This document shows, piece after piece, positions 15,278 through 25,054 of a DNA stretch of 64,000 bases. The position numbers and the translations under genes are program-made. The notes beneath the pieces were generated by a model that saw only the letters and a program-made list of their open reading frames with translations, did no database searches and was not told the origin of the DNA. Every line of letters starts with the position of its first letter. Positions within the stretch are counted from its first letter, which is position 1. The stretch is from an uncultured Victivallaceae bacterium (GTDB lineage Bacteria; Verrucomicrobiota; Lentisphaeria; Victivallales; GWF2-50-93), in NCBI GenBank assembly GCA_964636325.1, contig CAZWRV010000003.1, positions 1,824 through 65,823 of the forward strand, in the 5' to 3' direction.

Positions 15278-18058
15278 TCAAAGCCAGCCGAAGAGCCTGA
15301 TCCAGAAACTCTTTTCCTCCACCTTCTTTTCTAAGGGGACCGTATCTTGGATAGGCGCCTTTTCCCCGGATCCCTTTCCGGCAATGGCCGAGGCAAGTTT
15401 GGCGGCAGGCATTCCTTTTCCCTCCATGAACACGGCGTATCCGCCGAGCTTGACCGGAGCTTGTAAGTCGTTCCCGAAAAGATCCCTGGCCTTTACTTCC
15501 GTTCCGCCGATGTCGAGTTCGAAGGATACGGCCGACTTTGGAATCAATACGGCCGCGGAACCCGCGCCGTCTTCGAAAAGATATGCGAAGAGGCCTTGCG
15601 TGACTTCGCAGGTCTCCACGTATCTTTTTCCCTCGAGATGCCAGGCCAGATTCGATATCCCGGCCATGTTCGGCGACAGCCTGCCGTCGACGTTCAGTGG
15701 CGAATAGGTGTTTCCAAACTCCCCCCAGCCATGGTTCGTGTAGAGGAAGAACTTGTCCGCTCCGCTCGCAAGCGTCGACACCCAGTAGCGAACCATGTAG
15801 TCGGCCCAGAACGCGCTCTTGTCCTCCTTCCCCAGCGGCGGGAAGCGACGGTAGAAGTTCCTGACGTCGGAAGGTCCTGGCCCGCCTTCAGTGTTCCATA
15901 CTTGCATTACGGGATCCTCCGGATTGGAGTTCTCCTTGGTCGCCTTGTAGATGGCGTCTCCGGGATATCCTATTCCGGATGCAAGATAAGAGTGGTAGCT
16001 GACGGCGTCGACAGTCTTGAACGCCCCCTCAGCGAAAAGTTTTCTGGTCCAGGCGTCAGCAGGGGCATGATAGTGGGCGCCTGCGTTGAGGAGGATAATG
16101 GCGTCCGGATCGCCGGTCCTCGCTCCATCGGCGGCGGCCTTGTGGATCCTGAGGAATTCCTCAGGCGCCGGATGGACGTATTTGCCGTTCTCGAAGCCGG
16201 CGTTGAGGAAGCCCGGGAGAAACGGTTCGTTCCATGTCTCCCACGCCTCGACTTTATCCTTGTATCTCTCGGCCATGCGTCTGCAGTATTCGCTCCATTC
16301 GCCCAGATCCTTCGGAGGAACACTCTTCGCGTGCCAGTTGTTGTAGCCCTTGGGCGGAGGCTCAGGCATCTTCCAGCTCCGCGCCCATTCCGGAATCCCG
16401 GCGAATATTCCTAGTACGCAGAGGCCGGATTCCCGCAAGTTGCGGACGATCCCGTCCATCCCCTCGAAGCTCCACTGGCCCTTCTCCTTCTCGACCGACT
16501 GCCAGTCCATTCCGAACTGGCGCGCCCATGTGAAGCCCAGCTTGCGCATGACCTTCGGCATCTCGCTGTTCGGGACAAGATGTATGCCGAACGGTGAATC
16601 CGGCCTCAGCTGCCCTGCGAACTTCGCAGGCCTGACGCGGTGCAGCAGTGTCTCGCCTGTCTTTGAGGCTTCCTTCCCTTCCTTGTCCACGACCCTGTAT
16701 TCGAGCCGGTAGCTGCCGAGCGGAGGCTGTCCCGCCTCCGGAAGCTCCACGTCCATGCTCTGGAAGCTCCCCGCCTTGAGCGCGAGATCGGGCATAGGAT
16801 GCGCCTTTCCGTAGACATCGCAGATTTCGCTCCTCAAGAGCATTCCGTCCGTGATTTCACCGTAGACTGCCGCCTTCAGCCTGAAAGGTTGACCCGCCTC
16901 ATAAAGCCCGTATGGTTCGAGAGGCTGGACTGCTGCCTCAACCCTGCCGCATCTTTTGAAGTCTGTTACGTTTTCAGATGCTTCGACCTGGACGCCGTCG
17001 ACCCAGAATCTGCCCTTCGGCCCCCAGTTCATGATCTGGGCCAGATAGAACCCCGAAGAAGAATAGGGAAGCTTCAGCGTGAAGCTGAACCTTTTCCATT
17101 CCTTCCCTAACGCTATGGTCTTCTGGTATGGTTCTACCCAGAGTTTCTCGTCGGGAGGGCCGAACCTCATGTTCAGGAAGTGGCCTGAGTTTTCCGCCTT
17201 CGCCCAGAAGCTGAAAGTGTAGTGCCTGTCCCCCAGCCCGACGAACGGACAGGTGATGGCGGCGACACCGTGCTTCCCGTATGGCGCGGTTGTCATCCTG
17301 AAGGACGCTACCCCGGTCGGTCCGGTCTCAACGGGGTCGCTGGCATAGTTTTCCGGACTGTAGCTTTCATGGAAGGGGGTCCAGGGCGCCGGGAGCCAGT
17401 TCGGAAATGAACTGTTGGTGAGGAGGTTGCCCTCCAATCTCACGCCCTCGGCAACTTCCGCCGGCGAAAGATACTCGATCGAGACCTCGTCGACTTCAAG
17501 GACGCTTGGCGTCCGGACTTCGAACATCAGGCAGGCGTATGGATCGTCCGCCACCGGAGAAACCAACAGTTCATGCTTCACCCATTCTGGTATCGCTGTC
17601 ACCTCGCGGCTGCCGTAGTAGTTGTAGGGGGAGTCCACTCTGCGTATGCCCGTCTTGACAGGGACGCTGTCGGGGCTCCTGAGGGCGAACTTGACCTTCG
17701 CGAACCAGTCCTTGCTCATCTTCACCCGCGGAAGCCGGAAGAGGACAGCACCGTTCCTGATCTCCTTGACAGTCACCCTCAGCGCACCTTTGCCCTGGAA
17801 GGGGTTGTCAAGGACCTTCGCATATTCCACGTCGACGTCGGCCCACGCCGAATCGTCCTCGCAGCGGGGCGGCATCTCCCCGGTTATTTTCGACTTCTCC
17901 GACTTTACTTCCAGACGCTTGAACCCGCCTTCGAAGTCGCAGGCGATTGGAGCAGGGCGGACCTTTTCCTTTCCTGCGGAGCTTTCATCAGCCGCGGAAA
18001 CAGCCATGCTCGCAAGGAGCGCCGAGGCCCCCAATATCCACATCACAATCTTTTTCAT
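15278..18058 (-). CDS. Secreted multidomain glycoside hydrolase (clan GH-A TIM barrel) with N-terminal CBM-like domains
   Basis: It has a signal peptide MKKIVMWILGASALLASMAVSAA. Two CBM-like modules end in VLEVDEVSIEY and RFWVDGVQVEA. The acid/base-type motif VEAWETWNEPF is typical of clan GH-A (GH5/30/39/79-like). The family cannot be assigned by eye. Confidence 0.7.
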   Translation of the reverse strand: MKKIVMWILGASALLASMAVSAADESSAGKEKVRPAPIACDFEGGFKRLEVKSEKSKITGEMPPRCEDDSAWADVDVEYAKVLDNPFQGKGALRVTVKEIRNGAVLFRLPRVKMSKDWFAKVKFALRSPDSVPVKTGIRRVDSPYNYYGSREVTAIPEWVKHELLVSPVADDPYACLMFEVRTPSVLEVDEVSIEYLSPAEVAEGVRLEGNLLTNSSFPNWLPAPWTPFHESYSPENYASDPVETGPTGVASFRMTTAPYGKHGVAAITCPFVGLGDRHYTFSFWAKAENSGHFLNMRFGPPDEKLWVEPYQKTIALGKEWKRFSFTLKLPYSSSGFYLAQIMNWGPKGRFWVDGVQVEASENVTDFKRCGRVEAAVQPLEPYGLYEAGQPFRLKAAVYGEITDGMLLRSEICDVYGKAHPMPDLALKAGSFQSMDVELPEAGQPPLGSYRLEYRVVDKEGKEASKTGETLLHRVRPAKFAGQLRPDSPFGIHLVPNSEMPKVMRKLGFTWARQFGMDWQSVEKEKGQWSFEGMDGIVRNLRESGLCVLGIFAGIPEWARSWKMPEPPPKGYNNWHAKSVPPKDLGEWSEYCRRMAERYKDKVEAWETWNEPFLPGFLNAGFENGKYVHPAPEEFLRIHKAAADGARTGDPDAIILLNAGAHYHAPADAWTRKLFAEGAFKTVDAVSYHSYLASGIGYPGDAIYKATKENSNPEDPVMQVWNTEGGPGPSDVRNFYRRFPPLGKEDKSAFWADYMVRYWVSTLASGADKFFLYTNHGWGEFGNTYSPLNVDGRLSPNMAGISNLAWHLEGKRYVETCEVTQGLFAYLFEDGAGSAAVLIPKSAVSFELDIGGTEVKARDLFGNDLQAPVKLGGYAVFMEGKGMPAAKLASAIAGKGSGEKAPIQDTVPLEKKVEEKSFWIRLFGWL

Positions 18059-18085
18059 CGTAGCTCCTTTTCAAAACGGTTGAAA

Positions 18086-18904
18086 TCAGAAGTCGTCCGG
18101 CCTGTAGCTTTTATATGCCTCTCGGAACGGAAGGGCGTCTCCATGCCCGTCCCAGAACAAGTAGTTAGCGACCGATCCGTGCCTCATCACCGCCGAATAA
18201 AAGAGCTTGCTGTTGATCATCGGAAACTGTCCGTCCATCGCGTTCGGATGGTAGAAGACCTGCGAACTTCCCCGGCATTCGCCGAAGAACACCCGCTTGT
18301 CCGGCTTCTTGATGTCGCTGACTCGCGCAAGCTCGACTTCTGAGGGGGTGTCGGAGTGCATCGTCCGGAAATTGGAGTCGTAGCCGCCGTTTAGGGCGCG
18401 GGACTTCGGAGGCGAAAAGGGCTCGGTGTTTATGCCGTAGGCGATCGTCCACCAGTTCCAGGCGCCGCTGTCCGCCTCAGGGGACGGATATGACATGCAG
18501 CCCCAGAAGGGATAGCCGGAATTCTTCATGCAATACTTGTCCTTTATTTCGTTCATCCATGGAAGCCCGTCCGAGTTCGCCAGGCCAGCTGCGCCCGGGG
18601 CGATGTATTGCATCAGGAATGACGGCCAAAGCACCTGTTGGTCGCAAGAAGGGACGAATGTCTTGTTCCGGGGGGGAGTCACATATTCGTTGTAGTCGGA
18701 TGCATATAGGAATTCGGTCGTCCCTATCTGCTTGAGCGTGTTCGCGCACTGTATCTTCTTGCCCGTGTCCCTGGCCCGCTTAAGGGCCGGCAGCAGCATC
18801 GCGGACAGTATCGCGATGATCGCGATCACCACTAGAAGTTCAATAATGGTGAATTGTCTCCCCCTTTTGGCCGGTGGGCATGGCCCTCTGATTCTGCGCT
18901 TCAT
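18086..18904 (-). CDS. Prepilin-type N-terminal cleavage/methylation domain protein with a C-terminal H-X9-DG motif (DUF1559-like)
   Basis: The N-terminus is [28 protein letters not shown]. The C-terminus is [16 protein letters not shown], which is H, nine residues, then DG. It overlaps the LacI stop by 4 nt. Confidence 0.85.
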   Translation of the reverse strand: MKRRIRGPCPPAKRGRQFTIIELLVVIAIIAILSAMLLPALKRARDTGKKIQCANTLKQIGTTEFLYASDYNEYVTPPRNKTFVPSCDQQVLWPSFLMQYIAPGAAGLANSDGLPWMNEIKDKYCMKNSGYPFWGCMSYPSPEADSGAWNWWTIAYGINTEPFSPPKSRALNGGYDSNFRTMHSDTPSEVELARVSDIKKPDKRVFFGECRGSSQVFYHPNAMDGQFPMINSKLFYSAVMRHGSVANYLFWDGHGDALPFREAYKSYRPDDF

Positions 18905-19914
18905 GACAATGTCCCTCCCTCGATCTTAGTGAACTTGACCGTTGCGCTGGGCACGTCGCGTCCCTCCTTGGAGAGCCTCAGCATGAGCAGCTTCGCAGCC
19001 TCCTCTCCGAGCGAGAGCGACGAATATTTGTATCCGCTGAAAACCGTGCCGGAATCGCAGCTCTCGTCCCTGGTTGTGAACGCGATTATTCCTATGTCCT
19101 GCGGAACCCTCCTTCCACATTCGAGCGCCAGCGCATGGCACCGCCTCGCCTCATGGAAGGAGGGCGCGACAAACGCCAGCCTGCGCCTTGCGCCGCGCAT
19201 GATCCTGATTGTCTTGGCGGTCCATTCCCCGGGCGGAATCCTTATGTCGGTCTGCACAGATAAATGCCTGCGTCCGGATCCCCGGCTCCATTCCGCGAAA
19301 GAGCGCCATATCCCGTCGGCATAATGGTGATACTTGGCCTCGGTCGGACCGAGATAAACGAGGCTCTCGTATCCCCGCTCCAACGCCTCGTTGAACGCTC
19401 CGGGGAGAACCGAGCGGAAGTCCTGACGCACGCAGTTCACGCTGCCGTCACCCATGATCCAGACCGACGGAACCGGAGGAGAATCAAGGAACTGAGGCAT
19501 GCCTGACGCCCTTATTATGCCTGCATGCATGATAAGGCCGTCGACCATGCTTTCCATGAAAAGGCGGGGGACCGACCACGATTCGAACTTCTCCCTCTCG
19601 TAAGGCACTTCGGCAAAGACCAGGTTCATCCCCTCCCTGTTCAGTATCCGCGAAATTCCAACCACGGAAGCCATCTCAAGGTCGGCGGGACCCGTCGCCA
19701 GACCGACGCTTCCGAACCTTCCGCTACGGATGGCACGGGCATGGCTGTTCGGGCGGTAATTATGCTTCTTCGCCAGCTCCATGATCCGCTTCTTGGTATC
19801 GGAGCTGATGTCGGGATGGCCGTGAAGGGCGCGGTGTATGGTCATCACCGAAACACCCGCCATCCTGGCGATGTCCGACATCCTGCTCGCGCCGCTCCTG
19901 ACTTCGCTTTTCAA
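18901..19914 (-). CDS. LacI-family transcriptional regulator
   Basis: The HTH is [55 protein letters not shown], followed by a periplasmic-binding-fold sugar domain. The true start may be the internal MSDIARM, about 19881. Confidence 0.85.
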   Translation of the reverse strand: MKSEVRSGASRMSDIARMAGVSVMTIHRALHGHPDISSDTKKRIMELAKKHNYRPNSHARAIRSGRFGSVGLATGPADLEMASVVGISRILNREGMNLVFAEVPYEREKFESWSVPRLFMESMVDGLIMHAGIIRASGMPQFLDSPPVPSVWIMGDGSVNCVRQDFRSVLPGAFNEALERGYESLVYLGPTEAKYHHYADGIWRSFAEWSRGSGRRHLSVQTDIRIPPGEWTAKTIRIMRGARRRLAFVAPSFHEARRCHALALECGRRVPQDIGIIAFTTRDESCDSGTVFSGYKYSSLSLGEEAAKLLMLRLSKEGRDVPSATVKFTKIEGGTLS

Positions 19915-19936
19915 GCTGCCTCCGCTCTTTGTTATA

Positions 19937-19960
19937 CGATTACGTTAACGATTACGTTAA
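19937..19960. promoter_or_regulatory. Candidate operator: exact tandem duplication of CGATTACGTTAA containing the half-palindrome TAACGATTACGTTA
   Basis: The units are at 19937-19948 and 19949-19960 and are identical, about 23 nt upstream of the LacI ORF start. AACG-ATTA-CGTT has the AACG/CGTT dyad symmetry typical of LacI-family operators, but with an atypical centre. Confidence 0.35.
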
Positions 19961-20477
19961 TGATTTCAAGGCCGGTTCCGGACTTTTTTTACGTTTTTTT
20001 TCCGCGGCCGCCAGTCCGGCGCGGATGGGCGAGGATTCAGGCCGCATGCTGCCGAGCTTCATCGAGACCCGGCTGAAGCCGGAACTGCAAACGGGGAAGC
20101 TTCAGGGCTGGCCGGCGGATATGAGCAAGGACGATCGCGCTTCAGCCTAATTGCCGCAGTTGAAAATATGCTTTATAAATTAACTCTCTCATAATAAGGC
20201 ATTTACATATTTAGAGGCTTTCACCCGATGAGTGAAAGCCAGTTTCGGCATATTTTCAACCCGGGAGGGTTGGCCGCATTCGCCATATCTACTTCGTCAG
20301 CTGCAACTTGCAGTGGTCACCACAGCTGCGTCTTGCCGCCTGGCAGCTACGGCAATGCGGCCAACTGCGGCTATTAGGTTCAGGCGGATATTCGGCTTAT
20401 GTTTTTGTCGCCGGCCTTTGTCCTTATGTAATGGACGAAGAACGGAGGTCAGGATGAAATGCAAGGATGCTGGGATT

Positions 20478-21794
20478 TCAGGGGCGCTGTTCGCCGAGGG
20501 CCTTCTTGATGGAATCGAGATCGGCCTTGACCTTGAGCGGCCTGTTGGCGAAGCTGCCTGCGATGTCCCTGTCGCGGAGGGTGTCGGTGTGGTAGCCGAT
20601 GATGGCGTCGGGGTCCTTGAGCATGCCGCCGGTGAGGATTCCGACGGCCGACTCGCCCCTGGAGATTACGCCGGCGCGGACCAGCTTTCTTGCGCCGGCG
20701 ACGACGCAGCATGAGGCGGGTTCGGCGCCGATACCGGCCCTGTCGACCATGGCCTTGGCGTCCATTATCTCCTGCTCGCCGACCTGCTCGACGACGCCGT
20801 TGCTCCACTTGATCCCCTTCATGGACTTCTCCCATGAGACGGGGTTGCCGATCTTGATGGCGGTGGCGATGGTCTCGGGGTTGCCGACTGGCCTGAAGTC
20901 CGTTCCGTCCTTCCACATCCTGTAGAGCGGGTTCGCGCCCTCGGCCTGAATCACGGCGATCCTGGGGATTTTCCTTATTATGCCGAGCTGGTGCAGCTCC
21001 ATGAGGGCCTTGGACAGCGCGCTGTTGTTGCCGAGGTTTCCGCCCGGGACGATGAACCAGTCCGGCGGATTCCAATCGAGCTGCTGGAGCGTCTCGAAGC
21101 ATATGGCCTTCTGGCCTTCCAGCCTGAATGGATTGATGGAGTTGAGAAGATAGATGTCCATCTCGGCGCATATTTTCTGGACGAGCTCCATGGCGTCGTC
21201 GAAGTTGCCGTCGATCTGGAAGGTGAGCCCGCCGTATGCTAGCGCCTGGGCGAGCTTGCCGTATGCGATCTTCCCGGAAGGTATGAATATGACGGCCTTC
21301 ATGCCGCACTGCGCGGCGTACGCGGCCATGCTGGCGCTGGTGTTGCCGGTGCTGGCGCATGCGACGGTGCCGGCGCCGTAGATGCGTGCGGCGGTCACCC
21401 CGCAGGTCATGCCCCTGTCCTTGAAGCTGGAGGTGGGGTTCTCGCCTTCGTGCTTGAGCAGGAGGCTGTCCATTCCGGCATATTCTCCGGCGCTGCCGGC
21501 CGGATAAAGCCTGGTATTGCCCTCGAGCTTGGTGACGATCAGCTCCTCGGGCACGTCAATCACAAGCTCCTTGTATCTCCAGACTCCGGAAGCCAGCGGG
21601 CCGCGCTTGAGCATCCTCCGGGCCTCCCATTTTTCAAGAAGACCGCGCGGATCGAGCTTCGCAAGATCCCTCCTGATCTCGAGCAGGCCGCCGCATGAGC
21701 AGGTGTAGCGCACCTCGTCCAGCCCGTATTTCAAGCCGCACCTGATGCACTCCGCCCATGCCGAACCGTCGAACTTGTATCTGAGGCTACTCAT
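20478..21794 (-). CDS. thrC: Threonine synthase
   Basis: It has the N-terminal zinc-ribbon-like CIRCG..YTCSCGG, the PLP-lysine motif SSFKDRGMT, and GNTSASMAAYAA. Length is 438 aa. Confidence 0.9.
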   Translation of the reverse strand: MSSLRYKFDGSAWAECIRCGLKYGLDEVRYTCSCGGLLEIRRDLAKLDPRGLLEKWEARRMLKRGPLASGVWRYKELVIDVPEELIVTKLEGNTRLYPAGSAGEYAGMDSLLLKHEGENPTSSFKDRGMTCGVTAARIYGAGTVACASTGNTSASMAAYAAQCGMKAVIFIPSGKIAYGKLAQALAYGGLTFQIDGNFDDAMELVQKICAEMDIYLLNSINPFRLEGQKAICFETLQQLDWNPPDWFIVPGGNLGNNSALSKALMELHQLGIIRKIPRIAVIQAEGANPLYRMWKDGTDFRPVGNPETIATAIKIGNPVSWEKSMKGIKWSNGVVEQVGEQEIMDAKAMVDRAGIGAEPASCCVVAGARKLVRAGVISRGESAVGILTGGMLKDPDAIIGYHTDTLRDRDIAGSFANRPLKVKADLDSIKKALGEQRP

Positions 21795-23340
21795 CGATCC
21801 CCTTGCCCAATGTTTTCCTTGTCAGTTCAATCTGTCCGAGCATGGCGTCGATCCTTGCGAGCCTGTCCGGATCCCTGGTCTTGGCCCTCATGTCCCTGAG
21901 GAGCCTTTCCGACTCGCCGAACTTCCTCTTGCCGTACAGCTTTTCGGCGCGGTCGAGATTGTCCTGATATGTCTCCTGCTCCCTCTTCATGTCCTCGGCG
22001 AACACGAACGCCTTCTTGTAGAACTCCTCGGCCTGGCGGGCGTAGAAAGTGCCCTTGCAGGTCTCCCTGGCGAACTTCGCCCTTGCGATGATCTCCTCGT
22101 ATTCGTATGGGTAGCGGCGCATGTAGTCGTCGGCGGCCTGTATGCTCAGCTTCGCGTCGTAGTTGACGGAGCATGAGCGTATGAGGAGGATGCACAGCAG
22201 GATTGAAACGCCGATGATTCCGTACCTGATGGCAAGGGTCTTCCCGGCGGCCGCCTGCGGCCTGGGCAGCGATGCCGCGATCTTGCTTATGTCCTGCCGC
22301 GGCAGCCTGTCCAGGTTTACGGGGGCCCGCGGCGCGGCCGCCGGCTTCTTGCCGGCGCGGGAGGCGAGGTTGACGGCGGAAGTCTTGGTGGATTTTTCGG
22401 CCTCGCCCGACAGGAGCCGGCCGACTATGAGCTTGAAGTCGTCCCAGGAGCTGAAGCGGTCGTCCGGCTTCTTCGCCATCATCTTTTTCAAAACCGCGAG
22501 AACCCCGTTGCTGACCTTGGCGTTCGGATTGCACTTCTTCGGATCGGGGAACGGTTCGGTTATCTGCTTGAGGATTATCTCGTTGGGGGAGCCGGCGTCG
22601 AAGGGTGGTACGCCTACGATCATGTGGAAGAGGGTCGCCCCGAGCGAATACTGGTCGCTCCGCCAGTCGAGCGCCTCGCCCTTCGCCTGCTCCGGGCTCA
22701 TGTAGAAGGGCGATCCGAGCACGAACTCGTCGTTCTCAGTCTTCGAAGTTATCTTCTGGGCAATGCCGAGATCCATCAGGAAGACCTCGCCGCGCCTGTC
22801 CCTTATGATGTTGCCGGGCTTGATGTCCTTGTGCAGGAGGCCATGCTTCTCCCACGCATACTTGAGGGCGTCCGAAATCTTCAGCGCAAGCTCGAGGGCC
22901 TCCTTCTCGGGGATCGCGAAGTCCCTGTTCATCCTCTTCTCGTAGTCCTCCCCGTCGATGTAGTTGACGGCGAGAAACAAGGTGTTGTTCTCCTCCCCGG
23001 CGTCGATCGCGGTTATGATGTTCGGATGCTGGAGCTTGCCGGAGAGCTGCACCTCGCTCTTGAACTGGGAGAGGATGTTGGGATCGTCGACCAGGCCGGA
23101 GGACAGCAGCTTCAGGGCGACAAGCCTCTGCATCGACATCTGGCTGGCGAGATAGACGTTCCCCATGCCGCCCCGCCCGAGCAGGCGGACTATCTCAAAG
23201 CCGCCTACAAGCGTGCCCGGCTTGAGCTCGTCCTCGGGTATGAGCACGACCCCGTTGCAGTGCGGGCAGAGCAGGACGGCGTTCGGCCTCTTCTCGGCCT
23301 GGAATATGTTCTGGCAGTGCGGGCAGGTGAAATTTTCCAT
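21787..23340 (-). CDS. Ser/Thr protein kinase with an N-terminal zinc ribbon, a TM segment and a C-terminal helical domain
   Basis: The zinc ribbon is CPHCQNIF..CPHCNG. The kinase motifs are GRGGMGNVYLA, ALK, HKDIKPGNII, DLGIA and SPFYMSPEQ. The TM is YGIIGVSILLCILLI. Its stop overlaps the thrC start by 8 nt (ATGAGTAG). Confidence 0.85.
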   Translation of the reverse strand: MENFTCPHCQNIFQAEKRPNAVLLCPHCNGVVLIPEDELKPGTLVGGFEIVRLLGRGGMGNVYLASQMSMQRLVALKLLSSGLVDDPNILSQFKSEVQLSGKLQHPNIITAIDAGEENNTLFLAVNYIDGEDYEKRMNRDFAIPEKEALELALKISDALKYAWEKHGLLHKDIKPGNIIRDRRGEVFLMDLGIAQKITSKTENDEFVLGSPFYMSPEQAKGEALDWRSDQYSLGATLFHMIVGVPPFDAGSPNEIILKQITEPFPDPKKCNPNAKVSNGVLAVLKKMMAKKPDDRFSSWDDFKLIVGRLLSGEAEKSTKTSAVNLASRAGKKPAAAPRAPVNLDRLPRQDISKIAASLPRPQAAAGKTLAIRYGIIGVSILLCILLIRSCSVNYDAKLSIQAADDYMRRYPYEYEEIIARAKFARETCKGTFYARQAEEFYKKAFVFAEDMKREQETYQDNLDRAEKLYGKRKFGESERLLRDMRAKTRDPDRLARIDAMLGQIELTRKTLGKGIDE

Positions 23341-23393
23341 AGTCCTATCCTAAAGCCTTTCAGACTTGGACGAATACACCGCGGTAATTAAAT

Positions 23394-24743
23394 TCATCTA
23401 TCTCCAATTTCATCCTGGGGAATTAAATTTTTCAGGATTTCGCGGGACTCCCTGTCTCCTGCCGTCGCCGCCTTTGCGAGCCATGCGGCCCCGGCCTTGG
23501 CATCCTTCGGCGTCCCCTCCCCTTTCAGATACGCCAGCGCAAGCCTCCTCTGCGCCTTCGGATCCCCGCCCTCGGCGGCCCGCTTGAACCAGTAGAACGC
23601 CGCCTTGGGATCCTTCGCCACGCCCCTGCCGTCCGAATAGCAGCTCCCTATGTTGAACTGCGCGTGCAGGTTCCCCCTTCTGGCGGCGTCGAGAAAATAG
23701 ATCGCGGCCTTCCTGTCGTCCGCATCCTGCCCGATCCCCTCGGCCGCCATGAAACCGAGGTTGAACAGCGCATAATGGTTGCCCTTTTCGGCGGCCTTCT
23801 CAAAGCACTGCCGCGCGCGGCGGATGTCAGTCTCGACCATCTTGCCTTCCATGTAGATTTCGCCGAGCTTCACAAGGGCCATGCAGTTGCCCGCCTCGGC
23901 CGCCTTTGCATATAGCCCGCATATCCTGGCCGGATCGCGCTCCAGCCCGCCGATCCCGTTCTCATGGCAGAACGCGAGTTTGGCAAATGCCTCGCCGAAA
24001 TCCTGCTCGGCCGCCCTTTCCAGCCAGAAGACCATCTTCTTCTCGTCCTTCTGGCATAGCTTCCCGGAATAGTAGAAGTCTGCGAGCATGCACATTCCGC
24101 CCGGATCCCCTGCCTCGGCGGATCTGCCGAGCAGTTCGAAGGCCCTCCCCATATCCACAGCAAGCCCCCCCTCGCCTTCCATATATGCCTCGGCAAGCTT
24201 TAGATAGGCGGGTGGGAACCCCTCGTCCGCAAGTTCCTTCAGCATCTCCACCGCGCGGACGGGATCTCTGTTTACTAAGACGATCTCCTCACCCTCCGGA
24301 GAGTCCGCCGCGGCAAGTCCGTTCCGGAAGGTCAGCGCCACATTGTATTTCGCCTGTGGGACTCCGGCCTTGCCGGCGAGATCATACCACTTGAACGCCT
24401 CAAGCCTGTCCTCCTTCACGCCAAGCCCCTTGTCGAAGCAGACCCCAAGGTTGAACTGCGCCTCCGGCAGCCTCTGAAGGGCGGCCTTCCTGAACCAGAA
24501 CGCCGCAAGCGAATAGTCCTTCTTCCTGCCCTCGGAGCCGTAGAAATATATGTTGCCGAGCCTGAACTGCGCCCTCGCGTCGCCCGCCCTCGCCTCCTGC
24601 TCGATCCTTCCGAACGAATCCGCCGCGGCGGCGTCTTTGGAAGAAGATTCGTCCCCGCCGGCAACTACGCTGGGCGCGGCGAGCAGCATGCCATAAATGG
24701 CGATGCTGCCCAAGATCCACATCAATTTGCGACTGACAGGCAT
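23394..24743 (-). CDS. Secreted Sel1-type (TPR-like) repeat protein
   Basis: It has a signal peptide and about 10 repeats of the Sel1 pattern, for example AQFRLGNIYFYGSEGRKKDYSLAAFWFRKAA and AQFNLGVCFDKGLGVKEDRLEAFKWYDLAG. Confidence 0.85.
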   Translation of the reverse strand: MPVSRKLMWILGSIAIYGMLLAAPSVVAGGDESSSKDAAAADSFGRIEQEARAGDARAQFRLGNIYFYGSEGRKKDYSLAAFWFRKAALQRLPEAQFNLGVCFDKGLGVKEDRLEAFKWYDLAGKAGVPQAKYNVALTFRNGLAAADSPEGEEIVLVNRDPVRAVEMLKELADEGFPPAYLKLAEAYMEGEGGLAVDMGRAFELLGRSAEAGDPGGMCMLADFYYSGKLCQKDEKKMVFWLERAAEQDFGEAFAKLAFCHENGIGGLERDPARICGLYAKAAEAGNCMALVKLGEIYMEGKMVETDIRRARQCFEKAAEKGNHYALFNLGFMAAEGIGQDADDRKAAIYFLDAARRGNLHAQFNIGSCYSDGRGVAKDPKAAFYWFKRAAEGGDPKAQRRLALAYLKGEGTPKDAKAGAAWLAKAATAGDRESREILKNLIPQDEIGDR

Positions 24744-24750
24744 TCGAACT

Positions 24751-24862
24751 CCTGAAACTCGCCTGAAGTAACGCAGACATTCCTGTCTGTGATTCCGCAG
24801 GTAAGAATACCTGCGCTACTTTAAGTCTCACACCGATAAAACTGTCCGCCGCGGCAGACAGA
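24751..24862 (+). repeat. Dispersed palindrome-rich repeat, short copy (C1)
   Basis: It matches the reverse complement of 28787-29009 in two blocks. The first is 77 nt with about 4 substitutions plus a 2-nt indel; the second is ~33 nt with 3 substitutions. It contains CGCAGACA-TTCC-TGTCTG(T/C)G and CTGTCCGCCGCGGCAGACAG palindromes. It lies 8 nt upstream of the Sel1 gene start. Confidence 0.75.
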
Positions 24863-25054
24863 GCGGCACTCCTCTGGAACTCGTCCGTCTTTACCTCGCA
24901 TCTTCGCCTGCCCAGGGAAGGACAAAGAGACGAAGACATATGACGAAGAATCTCACGATGCGGGATGGAGAGCTTAATTTTCCCCGTCTGGGCGGGCGAT
25001 TCAAGCGTTTTTTTGGCGGCGAATACTTCCGCCGGTAGGATCATGAGGAGCCGT

